From: a virus
Virus record (IMG/VR): IMGVR_UViG_3300018018_000002
Span: 6,186-70,185 of that record
Strand: one strand, 5' to 3'
DNA: 64,000 bases
Of the stretch, positions 37,056 through 45,346 are shown in pieces (position 1 is the first letter of the stretch; every line of letters starts with the position of its first letter). The translations under genes were made by a program, and so were the position numbers. The notes beneath the pieces are model-generated. The model saw only the letters and a program-made list of their open reading frames with translations. It had not been told where the DNA came from and did no database searches.

Positions 37056-38463
37056 ACGCATCTCCGGTAACGTCGAACGGCAGGTCCTGATCGGGATGAT
37101 AGTGGATGACGCGGTCTGCCTCCGGATTGCGGCCAAGTGGGAAGGGGAAATGTTCCGGTCGACTTGGGCGAACATTGTCGGTGGATGGAGCGTGCGCTAT
37201 TGCAATCGCTATGGGAAGGCTCCGAAGGCTCACCTGCAAGGACTCTTTGAAGCGTGGGTTGAGAAGGTCACAGACAAGGAGACGGTCGCGCTGATCGAGC
37301 GGTTCTTGGATGGGCTGAGCGGGGAATATGAGACGCTGGCGCGGGAGATCAACAGCGCCTACGTGATCGATCTGGCCGCGAAGCACTTCACTCAAATTCG
37401 GCTCAAACAGATGGTCGATCGGGCGGAAGAGGACATGGAGCAAGGGCGACTAGAGGAGGCGGTGCAAGGCGTCAATGGCTTCCGGCCGGTCGAGTTAGGG
37501 GCAGGGGAGTCGATTGATGTGCTGAACAGCCCGACAGTCCTGCAGCAGGTCTTTGATGATCTAGCTCGGGACCTTGTGATTTACCCTGGGGCTCTCGGCC
37601 ACTTCTTTTCCAATCAGCTAGGGCGCGAGTCCTTTGTGGCCTTCCTAGGTCCAGAGAAGGTAGGCAAGACCTTCTGGCTAATGGATGCAGGCTGGCGAGC
37701 AGCTCTGCAGCGGCGCAAGGTCGCCTGGTTTGCGGCCGGGGACATGACTGAGCGCCAAATGATGCAGCGTTTTGCCATTCGGGCAGCTATGCACCCACTG
37801 CGGTCGAAGGACTGGCCTTGTGAGATTGGTTATCCATTGGCGGTGCGTCGGAACCCACAGGAGCCGGCTCGCTTGCAGGTGCGGAAGGAGATGCGGCGCT
37901 TTGAACGGCCTTTGGTCTGGGGAGAGGCTTGGCGGGCGATGCAGGAGATTTTGCAGTACCGAATCCGTGGGAAGATCCCATACCTGCGGCTGCTCACTTA
38001 TCCAAACTCTTCCCTATCGGTCAAAGGGATCGAAGCTCACTTAGAGCGGTGGGCCAAGGAGGGGTGGGTACCGGACGTGGTGATCACGGATTATGCGGAC
38101 ATCTTGGATGAAGAGTCTGGCATGCCCAAGGGCTATGACCGCCGGCACAAGATTGATGCCTCTTGGCGTTTGCAGCGGGCGCTGAGTGAGAAGTATCATT
38201 GCCTGTACTTGACGGCCACGCAGTCGGACACCGACAGCTATACCAGAGAGATCCTCGGTCGGTCCAACTTCTCTGAGTCCAAAACTAAGCTGGCGCATGT
38301 GACGGGCATGGTTGGGATAAATCAGATCGCCTCCGAGAAAGAAAAAGAGCTCTATCGACTCAATTGGGTGGAGCTTCGGGAGGGTGCGTTCAGCGAGCGT
38401 TATACCGTTGGCGTGGCCGCAGCTTTGGGATTTTCGAACCCGGCGGTAAAGTCTTGCGAGTAG
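37045..38463 (+). CDS. DnaB-like replicative helicase
   Basis: Walker A GPEKVGKT, 'VVITDYAD', 'TATQ'. Confidence 0.88.
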   Translation: MKVERISGNVERQVLIGMIVDDAVCLRIAAKWEGEMFRSTWANIVGGWSVRYCNRYGKAPKAHLQGLFEAWVEKVTDKETVALIERFLDGLSGEYETLAREINSAYVIDLAAKHFTQIRLKQMVDRAEEDMEQGRLEEAVQGVNGFRPVELGAGESIDVLNSPTVLQQVFDDLARDLVIYPGALGHFFSNQLGRESFVAFLGPEKVGKTFWLMDAGWRAALQRRKVAWFAAGDMTERQMMQRFAIRAAMHPLRSKDWPCEIGYPLAVRRNPQEPARLQVRKEMRRFERPLVWGEAWRAMQEILQYRIRGKIPYLRLLTYPNSSLSVKGIEAHLERWAKEGWVPDVVITDYADILDEESGMPKGYDRRHKIDASWRLQRALSEKYHCLYLTATQSDTDSYTREILGRSNFSESKTKLAHVTGMVGINQIASEKEKELYRLNWVELREGAFSERYTVGVAAALGFSNPAVKSCE

Positions 38464-38468
38464 CTTGA

Positions 38469-38497
38469 TTGCATTTTTTCGTTGACGATGATACGCT
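38469..38497 (+). promoter_or_regulatory. sigma70-type promoter with extended -10
   Basis: TTGCAT-17nt-TACGCT with TG at 38489-38490. Confidence 0.6.
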
Positions 38498-38518
38498 ACC
38501 CAACATTCTTGTGGTTGC

Positions 38519-38698
38519 TTGCAGACGTTTCAACAGTGGATCGTCAGTTTGAGGGAATGGCTCGACAGCACGGAAATTGATGCCGCGCTGGAGGCGGATC
38601 TCTTGCCGCAGCTTTTCTACTTGTACGATGTCGGCGTTACTGCGCAGGATGCGGCAGCGTGGATTGCCAATGCCATTACTCGGAGTCACCTTTGCTGA
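38519..38698 (+). CDS. small hypothetical protein (59 aa, TTG start, not in ORF track)
   Basis: (M)QTFQQWIVSLREWLDSTEIDAALEADLLPQLFYLYDVGVTAQDAAAWIANAITRSHLC* fills the gap after the promoter. Confidence 0.5.
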   Translation: MQTFQQWIVSLREWLDSTEIDAALEADLLPQLFYLYDVGVTAQDAAAWIANAITRSHLC

Positions 38699-38753
38699 CG
38701 TAGGTCAGAGTAACCAGATCCAACACACAACCACACAAACAGGAGAAACTGAT

Positions 38754-39287
38754 ATGCAGATCACACGAACACAGGCCGTGGCCATTTTCACAGCCATCGG
38801 CTTTCAAACGGCGGACCGATGGGACATCGCCCGCTTCAACACGAAGCTGGCCAAGATCGGTGACAACGTTACCGATGAGCGCTTGGCCGCTATCGCCGAC
38901 AAGGGTGTGCGCGAGTTGGCCACCAATGTCGTCAAGACCGCCCGGAAGGATCAGGTCGAATGCGTCGAAGATCCCCCGGTGGCCGCTCCGAAGGGCAAGG
39001 GGAAGAAGGCCTCCCCCACTCCGGCTCCGGCTGCTGCGCCCGCCGGGAAGGGCAAGGGCAAGGCCGCGCCGAAGGCCGAGGACAAGTTCGACAAGTTCCA
39101 CAACCGGCTGAACTCGGGTGGCCACAAGGTCAACGAGGTGCTGTGGAACGCGAAGAAAGTCCTGACGGTCGAGGAGATCGCCAAGGCTTCGGGCCTGTCC
39201 GCAGCTCGCGTCCGGTCCCACGTCCGCTGGCTGGTGGACGTGCGCAAGCTGGCCACCGAGTCCGACAAGGGCTTCAAGGTCAAGTAA
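38754..39287 (+). CDS. basic DNA-binding protein with Lys/Ala/Pro linker and C-terminal winged HTH
   Basis: AGGAG SD, strong codon bias, 'LTVEEIAKASGLSAARVRSHVRWL'. Confidence 0.78.
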   Translation: MQITRTQAVAIFTAIGFQTADRWDIARFNTKLAKIGDNVTDERLAAIADKGVRELATNVVKTARKDQVECVEDPPVAAPKGKGKKASPTPAPAAAPAGKGKGKAAPKAEDKFDKFHNRLNSGGHKVNEVLWNAKKVLTVEEIAKASGLSAARVRSHVRWLVDVRKLATESDKGFKVK

Positions 39288-39313
39288 CCGCGCAGCGGCC
39301 CCCAACAGATAAT

Positions 39314-39353
39314 AGGGCGTATTAGACTTTGGTCTGGTACGCCCTTTCCTTTT
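39314..39353 (+). terminator. intrinsic terminator
   Basis: AGGGCGTATTAGAC-TTTG-GTCTGGTACGCCCT-TTCCTTTT. Confidence 0.72.
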
Positions 39354-39371
39354 ACCAACATGGATATTACT

Positions 39372-39839
39372 ATGAGCATCACTTGCAGCAAGGTCTTCGG
39401 ACCATTTCCCTTCGCCCATCGGCAGCATTCTCACGATGGACACTGCGCACTTATCCACGGGCATAACTGGAAGATCGAGATCCAGTTCTCCTGCATGGAT
39501 TTTGATGACAACGGATTTGTGATTGACTTCGGCAAGTTGGATTGGCTGAAGAAGTGGCTTGAGGAACGCTTTGATCATACCCTCGTGTTGAATCGGACTG
39601 ATCCCGGTCGGGAATATCTTGAGAGTGTGCTCTGCGGTGCTGCGATGAAGGCGATTGGGCTTAAGCCTCTGGCCAAGATTACCCTTGTTCATAATTGTGG
39701 GGCGGAAGGGATAGCTCGGCAGGTCTTAGAGGAGGTTAACGTCCTGTTACGTTCTAGGGATGAGTTAGCCGAGCGCGAGGTGCGGGTTTCGAAGGTGACA
39801 GTTTGGGAGGACGAGAAGAACTTCGCGACCATTTCCTGA
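39372..39839 (+). CDS. queD: 6-carboxy-5,6,7,8-tetrahydropterin synthase
   Basis: 'AHRQ...GHCALIHGHNW', 'VIDFG', 'FDH', 'VWE'. Confidence 0.92.
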   Translation: MSITCSKVFGPFPFAHRQHSHDGHCALIHGHNWKIEIQFSCMDFDDNGFVIDFGKLDWLKKWLEERFDHTLVLNRTDPGREYLESVLCGAAMKAIGLKPLAKITLVHNCGAEGIARQVLEEVNVLLRSRDELAEREVRVSKVTVWEDEKNFATIS

Positions 39840-39840
39840 C

Positions 39841-40530
39841 ATGCTACCAATTCATGAGCGTTTCTATAGCTTCCAAGGGGAAGGGGTTCATCTTGGCCGA
39901 CCAGCCTTTTTCATTCGTACCTTCGGGTGCCCATTGAAGTGCCCTTGGTGTGATGCAGCTGGGACTTGGCACCCGAAGTATATTCCGGACAAGATTGAAA
40001 GGATCTCGGAGGAGCAGCTCGTGAAAGAGGCCGGAGAGACCTGCTGCGATTTTATCGTCATCACCGGTGGGGAGCCGATTGTCCACGATCTTCACCTGCT
40101 GGTTGATCTGATGCACGCGTCCAATCAGAGTGTGCATTTGGAGACCTCCGGCTATCGAATGTTCCCAGACATCTTTGATTGGGTCACCCTTTCTCCCAAG
40201 CGGCAGAACATTCCTCCTCCTCAATCCATTGCCTTGGCCGATGAGCTGAAGCTGATCATCGAGCAGCCTTCGGACGTTGAATGGTGGCTTGATACGTTGC
40301 GCGATCAGCTTGGGGGAAACTTGGATCCTAATGTACCAATTTGGCTGCATCCAGAATGGTCGCGTCGGAATGACAAAGCTCTGCTCGATGGAATGGTACG
40401 TTGGGCTTTGTCTGGCTCTGCTAATCTGCGCGTAGGTTGGCAGCTTCACAAACTCTACGCCGCCGACTTCCTAGATAATAGGACTAAGCCGCCGGTCCCA
40501 CTCGGTGGTGACCTGAAGAAAGGATATTGA
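39841..40530 (+). CDS. queE: 7-carboxy-7-deazaguanine synthase (radical SAM)
   Basis: 'FYSFQGEG', CPLKCPWCD, TGGEP, ETSG, SPK, QLHK. Confidence 0.93.
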   Translation: MLPIHERFYSFQGEGVHLGRPAFFIRTFGCPLKCPWCDAAGTWHPKYIPDKIERISEEQLVKEAGETCCDFIVITGGEPIVHDLHLLVDLMHASNQSVHLETSGYRMFPDIFDWVTLSPKRQNIPPPQSIALADELKLIIEQPSDVEWWLDTLRDQLGGNLDPNVPIWLHPEWSRRNDKALLDGMVRWALSGSANLRVGWQLHKLYAADFLDNRTKPPVPLGGDLKKGY

Positions 40531-40531
40531 G

Positions 40532-41092
40532 ATGAAGAGAGCCGATGAAGAAACGATCCGGGAGATTTTGCGCTTCGTCGGGGAGGACCCAATGCGGGAA
40601 GGTCTGCTCAAGACACCGGCTCGGGTGCTAAGAGCTTGGAAGGAGTGGACGGTCGGTTATCATCAGGACGTGGGCAAGCTGCTGACGTGCTTCAAGGAAG
40701 GGGGGGAGAAATATAATGAAATGGTTCTCCTGCGAGACCTTCCCTTCTACAGTCTCTGCGAGCATCACTTAGCTCCTTTCTTTGGAACAGCGGTCATTGG
40801 TTATATTCCTGACAAGCGCGTGGTTGGGGTGAGCAAACTCTCTCGGGTCTTGGAGGTATATGCGCGGCGCCTGCAGATCCAGGAGAGGCTTACTCAGCAG
40901 GTGGCTGACGCACTAATGGAGCATCTACATCCAATTGGGGTGGGTGTTTCGCTCACGGCTCGACACCTGTGCATGGAGAGCAGGGGTATATGCAAGCAGG
41001 GCCAGCAGATGACGACACAAGTCCTTCGGGGATCTTTTCTTGAACCAGAAGTCCGGGCCGAATTCATATCCTTTGTCCATCGATCTCTATGA
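40532..41092 (+). CDS. folE: GTP cyclohydrolase I
   Basis: 'REGLLKTPARV', CEHH, 'SKLSR', 'LQIQERLT', 'HLCMESRG'. Confidence 0.96.
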   Translation: MKRADEETIREILRFVGEDPMREGLLKTPARVLRAWKEWTVGYHQDVGKLLTCFKEGGEKYNEMVLLRDLPFYSLCEHHLAPFFGTAVIGYIPDKRVVGVSKLSRVLEVYARRLQIQERLTQQVADALMEHLHPIGVGVSLTARHLCMESRGICKQGQQMTTQVLRGSFLEPEVRAEFISFVHRSL

Positions 41093-41949
41093 GCACGCAA
41101 CTCCACATCCGCACCTCGTTCCAAGCGCAGCATCGCTGGAAGGACGCCCCAAAGGAGGTGGCCTTCCTTCGCCAGTTCCATCGGCATATCTTTCCGGTCA
41201 TGGTGACCCTTAACGTCGGCCACAATGATCGGAAGATTGAGTTTTTCATGTTCAAGAAGAAGCTCGATCAATATATTCGGGCGACCTATGAGGATCGCTG
41301 CTTTGATCTGAGCTGCGAACAGATCGCGGAAGATCTGCTAGTTCACTTCCGAGCGAAGGTGGTGACAGTGGGGGAGGATGGGGAGAATGCGGCGTCCGTC
41401 ACCGCTTCGAATCGGGCATTGATGTTGAGGCCCCGCTGCTTCCTTGGTACTGAACTTGAGGGTCCTTTCAAGGGAGCCCGAACCCTTTTCATTCCGGGTG
41501 GGGTGAGCGTACCGGAAGCCTTGTCCGCATTGCGCAAGGTCGAGCAGCTGGCCGGGCGATCCTTTGTCCAACGGATTTACTGCGGGGCTGGTAATCGGCA
41601 TGGGGTGGGCCTCTACTTTCTGGACCAGATTCTTAAGGAGGCCAAGCGATGTAGGCTGCAGGTAGATATTGAGCTTGATAGCCCGCTGCTGGCCAGGAAC
41701 ACTTGTGAGTTCCTGTCGATGCTCCCGCACCAGAAACAGATCGGTGCAGTGGTTGTGGTCGGTCCGTTTTATGAGGTGTCGGATTACTTTAAGAAAATCA
41801 TCATTGGACGGAGCTTCTACAAACAGCATCTCTACCAGAAGCAGATCCTCAAAGACAATATCGTGTGGCACAAGGTCTTTAGTTCAGAGCTGTGGAGCAC
41901 CTGGCTATATCATCCCGGCTTTGATCAGGACGTGGAGATCAAATTATGA
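41089..41949 (+). CDS. QueD-like T-fold protein (DpdL-like) fused to an unknown C-terminal domain
   Basis: 'HRW.DAP.EVAFLRQFHRHIF...HNDRKIEF...SCEQIA...EDGENAA' with LxxxHRHxF motif; about 175 extra C-terminal residues. Confidence 0.7.
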   Translation: MSTQLHIRTSFQAQHRWKDAPKEVAFLRQFHRHIFPVMVTLNVGHNDRKIEFFMFKKKLDQYIRATYEDRCFDLSCEQIAEDLLVHFRAKVVTVGEDGENAASVTASNRALMLRPRCFLGTELEGPFKGARTLFIPGGVSVPEALSALRKVEQLAGRSFVQRIYCGAGNRHGVGLYFLDQILKEAKRCRLQVDIELDSPLLARNTCEFLSMLPHQKQIGAVVVVGPFYEVSDYFKKIIIGRSFYKQHLYQKQILKDNIVWHKVFSSELWSTWLYHPGFDQDVEIKL

Positions 41950-43088
41950 AATTAATTCGGAGGCTTTTTTATCTAGGGTTGGAACCATTAGCTGCCCGTT
42001 ATACCAAGCAGCTCTGCGAGGATTGGTTTCCGGCTGCGGTTAGGGAGGCTTCGCCGAGGACGAATCTCACCACGATCAGCGGGGAAACGACTGATGAGCA
42101 GATCCAAGTCGGGGGGGTGTTGGATGCAACTGGTCGGGGGATCTATGCTTGCACGCAGGTCGCCTTGCTGCTGAAGCTCATTCGGAATGGGTCAGTTAGC
42201 AACGAGGATGCCATCTTCCTGCAGGACTTTTGGACGCCGGGATTTGAAGCGGTCCCCTATGCGCTGCACCTGTGTGGGCTCAAACCCAAGATTTATTCCA
42301 TGCTCCATGCGCAGAGCGTGGATGAATATGACTTCACTTGGCCGATGCGGGAATGGATGCGACCAATGGAGCTAGGACTGACTCGATTCCATTCGGCCAT
42401 CTTCGTTGCCAGCACCATCCATCGGGATCAATTGCGTGCTGCCGGGGTGCAATGTCCTATCCATGTTGTCGGTCTGCCGATTCACGCGCGGTTGGTGGCT
42501 TGTCAGATGTCCGTTCCGATTGGACGTAGGAAGAACGTGATCTTTTGCTCCCGACTTGATTGGGAGAAGAATCCGGGCTTCATGCTTCAAGTGGCCGAAC
42601 GTTTCTTAACCGGTCATCCTAATTGGACTTGGACGGTCACTACCAGTAGCAAGAACTTTCGGTCGAATGATCATCTTTTGCTGTCTGATATTCTTTCCTA
42701 CGCTCGGAATGAGCCTCGTTTCATCCTCAAGGCAGGTCTGACCAAACAGCAATACTATGATGAGCTTTGCAATTCTTCTATTCAGTTTAACTCCTCGTTG
42801 CAGGACTATGTCTCCTGGACGCTGCTTGAAGCAGTGATTGCAGGATGTGAATTGGCCTATCCGGACTTCCGCAGTTTTCCCGAAATCCTCCCTGCTTCAC
42901 GCTTGTATCGAGCTTTCAATGTCGAGGACGCTTGCCTGCTGTTGAATCGGTTGACTGAAGAGCATCCCTTGGTTGATCTCGAATGGATTGCCAGAAGGTG
43001 TGATCTTGGTCGTATCATCGAAGCAGAGATCATCACCGGGGTGAAAGCTGATAATAGGGAGGTCAACATTTGGCATGGCTGTATATGA
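41946..43088 (+). CDS. GT-B fold (GT4-like) glycosyltransferase
   Basis: 'RLDWEKNP', 'SSLQDYVSWTLLEAVIAGC...PDFRSFPE' GT4 C-terminal signature. Confidence 0.85.
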   Translation: MKLIRRLFYLGLEPLAARYTKQLCEDWFPAAVREASPRTNLTTISGETTDEQIQVGGVLDATGRGIYACTQVALLLKLIRNGSVSNEDAIFLQDFWTPGFEAVPYALHLCGLKPKIYSMLHAQSVDEYDFTWPMREWMRPMELGLTRFHSAIFVASTIHRDQLRAAGVQCPIHVVGLPIHARLVACQMSVPIGRRKNVIFCSRLDWEKNPGFMLQVAERFLTGHPNWTWTVTTSSKNFRSNDHLLLSDILSYARNEPRFILKAGLTKQQYYDELCNSSIQFNSSLQDYVSWTLLEAVIAGCELAYPDFRSFPEILPASRLYRAFNVEDACLLLNRLTEEHPLVDLEWIARRCDLGRIIEAEIITGVKADNREVNIWHGCI

Positions 43089-44146
43089 CCGGCCTATTCA
43101 ATAAGCGCAGAGCCTTGCGTCCTGGTTCCTATGTTCCTGAAGAGCAGGAGCAGCGGGACAGCCTGGATGATGAGTCTCGCCTGCCACCGGATGGTCAGCT
43201 TAACCAATACCTATTTGAACACGCTGAGACAGAGCTCAATCAGGTGTTCTTTGATTCCGGGGCGCATGGTCTCTACAATCGGCACGTCCACGTGGTCGGT
43301 GGGGTGCATGGGCGTGATCTGACTCCTCGGCAGAAAGAGCTGAAGTATGCCTACTATTCCTCGAAGGAGTTCTACGCCTATTGTGATGCCTATGCTGCCT
43401 TCCTCAAGGACCCACGCTGTCAGGGAGCAATCCAATTCTATGCGACCGTGGATGTCATTTTCAATCCCGAGCTATCTTGGAAGGTGCTGAAGTACCTCGA
43501 GGATGAGCATGGGCTGCATCCAGTTCCAGTCATTCATTATGGTACACCCCTCAAGTGGATTGCCAAGCACCTTGAGGCTAAGTATGATCTGATCGGGTTG
43601 GGTGGGCTCGGTCAGGAGGTCAAGAAGGAGGAGTACCTAGCGTGGGGTGATCAGGTCTTTGATCTGATTTGTGATCAGCCCTCGCGCAAGCCGATGGTCA
43701 GGACGCATGGGTTTGCCATGACCGCCTGGAGCCTGATGCGCCGCTACCCTTGGTGGTCGGTTGATAGCGCCAGCTGGGTGAAGCTCGCCGGGTATGGGCG
43801 CATCTATGTCCCGCACTATCGAGCGGGGCAATTCGTGGTGACCGAGAATCCATACATGCTGATGGTCTCTGATGAGACAAACTTCGAGGACTATTCCGGC
43901 GTCCATCTCTATCGCCGGACAGAGAAGGAGCAGCAGATCGTCCGAGATTGGCTTATGGAAATTGGCGTGCCGCTTGGCTATAGGAAGGATGACAAGATAG
44001 TAGTTAAGGGCGTTGTCAATGATTGGACCATGCGAGCCAAAGCCAACCTGCTGCTGTTTGAACGCTTTCGGAAGGCGCTGCCAGAATGGCCGTGGCCTTT
44101 CAAGTCTCGTCCCAAAATAGCAACCCTTGGACTTGCCTCTTCCTAG
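43085..44146 (+). CDS. TGT-fold transglycosylase, DpdA-like (7-deazaguanine DNA insertion)
   Basis: 'FFDSGA', 'TVDVI', 'PVPVIH', 'IGLGGL', 'THGFA', 'SVDSASW'; adjacent to folE/queD/queE. Confidence 0.8.
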   Translation: MTGLFNKRRALRPGSYVPEEQEQRDSLDDESRLPPDGQLNQYLFEHAETELNQVFFDSGAHGLYNRHVHVVGGVHGRDLTPRQKELKYAYYSSKEFYAYCDAYAAFLKDPRCQGAIQFYATVDVIFNPELSWKVLKYLEDEHGLHPVPVIHYGTPLKWIAKHLEAKYDLIGLGGLGQEVKKEEYLAWGDQVFDLICDQPSRKPMVRTHGFAMTAWSLMRRYPWWSVDSASWVKLAGYGRIYVPHYRAGQFVVTENPYMLMVSDETNFEDYSGVHLYRRTEKEQQIVRDWLMEIGVPLGYRKDDKIVVKGVVNDWTMRAKANLLLFERFRKALPEWPWPFKSRPKIATLGLASS

Positions 44147-44147
44147 G

Positions 44148-44336
44148 ATGCGCATCTTTTATTCAGGTTTGCCTAAGTCCATTGAAGGTTCCCCCGAACT
44201 GCTGATTCGGGAGCACAAGCCGGATGTGATGTTTTCATTTTGTGACTTTTTCAAAGGGGACCGCGTGAAAGTAGGGAAGCGGTTCCGCAAGCATCTGCGC
44301 AATCTTAAATCCCATGCCAAATCAAATCAATCGTGA
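44148..44336 (+). CDS. small protein resembling a TGT/DpdA N-terminal segment
   Basis: 'MRIFYSG...DVMFSF' immediately after the DpdA-like gene. Confidence 0.5.
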   Translation: MRIFYSGLPKSIEGSPELLIREHKPDVMFSFCDFFKGDRVKVGKRFRKHLRNLKSHAKSNQS

Positions 44337-45345
44337 ATCTCTGCTTGCTCAGCTGCAATCAGTTGAGGCGGGGCTTTCTCCCCGGGAGATTATTGAACAG
44401 AGCTCGTGCTTTGTTTTTCAAAAGCAGCGTCTCTTTACCTACAATGATGAAGTGGCCTGTCGCCGGGATTGTGACTTGCATATCGAGGGGGCTGTTCCAG
44501 CGTTGCCGCTCGTCGCGATCCTGGGCAAGCTCGTGGAAGAAACCCTCGAATATGAAATCGAAGGCAAGGAATTGGTGCTGATTGGCAAGCATCGCAAATG
44601 CGGGATTCGACTGGAGGCAGAAGTGACCCTTCCGTTCAACAAGGTCGAGAAGCCGGGGGACTGGCGACCTTTGTCAGAGGAATTTGTCGAAGCGGTTGGG
44701 CTTGTCCAACATCACGCGAGCCAGGATGAGAGTCAGTTCAACATGACTTGCATCCATCTCCACCCTGATCATATTGAATCCTGTAATGACCTGCAGGCCA
44801 TCCGGGTCAGGATTAAGACCGGTTTGAAAAAGGCTACCTTAGTACGCCGGGACGCGCTGCGCAACATTGTGGCGTTGGGTATGTCGGAGTTCTCGGAGAG
44901 TGAGGCATGGCTCCATTTCCGCAATGCGGATGGATTGGTGTTGAGTATGCGTCGGTACATGCTGGAGTACCAAGACCTGTCGAAGGTGCTGGCGGTCAAA
45001 GGTTCCCCGATCACCCTACCGAAAGGACTTGGAGAGGTAGTAGAGAAGGCCTCTATCTTCTCGGCGGAGAATAGCGAGGACAATTTGATCAAGGTTGAAC
45101 TGCGCTCCGGTCGGATGCGAGTTAAGGGCACGGGCGTGTCCGGTTGGTATCAAGAGGTCAAGAAGCTGGTCTATGATGGCCCAGAGATGTCGTTCTATAT
45201 CGCCCCTGGGTTGCTGGTCGAGATAACGGAGAAGCAGACTGAGGCTGAGGTAGCGGTGGATCGACTTAAGGTTGAGGGGCCGAAATGGACCTTTGTTACC
45301 GCGCTGGCCCCGGTTGCTGCCGAACCCGCCCAAAAGGACGAGTGA
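44314..45345 (+). CDS. DNA polymerase III beta-like sliding clamp
   Basis: 343 aa, 'INRESLL..L..V', three-domain pattern; next to polymerase and clamp loader. Confidence 0.75.
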   Translation: MPNQINRESLLAQLQSVEAGLSPREIIEQSSCFVFQKQRLFTYNDEVACRRDCDLHIEGAVPALPLVAILGKLVEETLEYEIEGKELVLIGKHRKCGIRLEAEVTLPFNKVEKPGDWRPLSEEFVEAVGLVQHHASQDESQFNMTCIHLHPDHIESCNDLQAIRVRIKTGLKKATLVRRDALRNIVALGMSEFSESEAWLHFRNADGLVLSMRRYMLEYQDLSKVLAVKGSPITLPKGLGEVVEKASIFSAENSEDNLIKVELRSGRMRVKGTGVSGWYQEVKKLVYDGPEMSFYIAPGLLVEITEKQTEAEVAVDRLKVEGPKWTFVTALAPVAAEPAQKDE

Positions 45346-45346
45346 G

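Noticed and set aside
39288-39371. preQ1 riboswitch upstream of queD
   Set aside because: Only a plain terminator hairpin; no preQ1-I stem-loop with A-rich tail.
39372-41092. Auxiliary metabolic genes for host tRNA queuosine or folate synthesis
   Set aside because: Linkage to a DpdA-like enzyme and the replication genes, with no queA/queF/queG, favours DNA modification.
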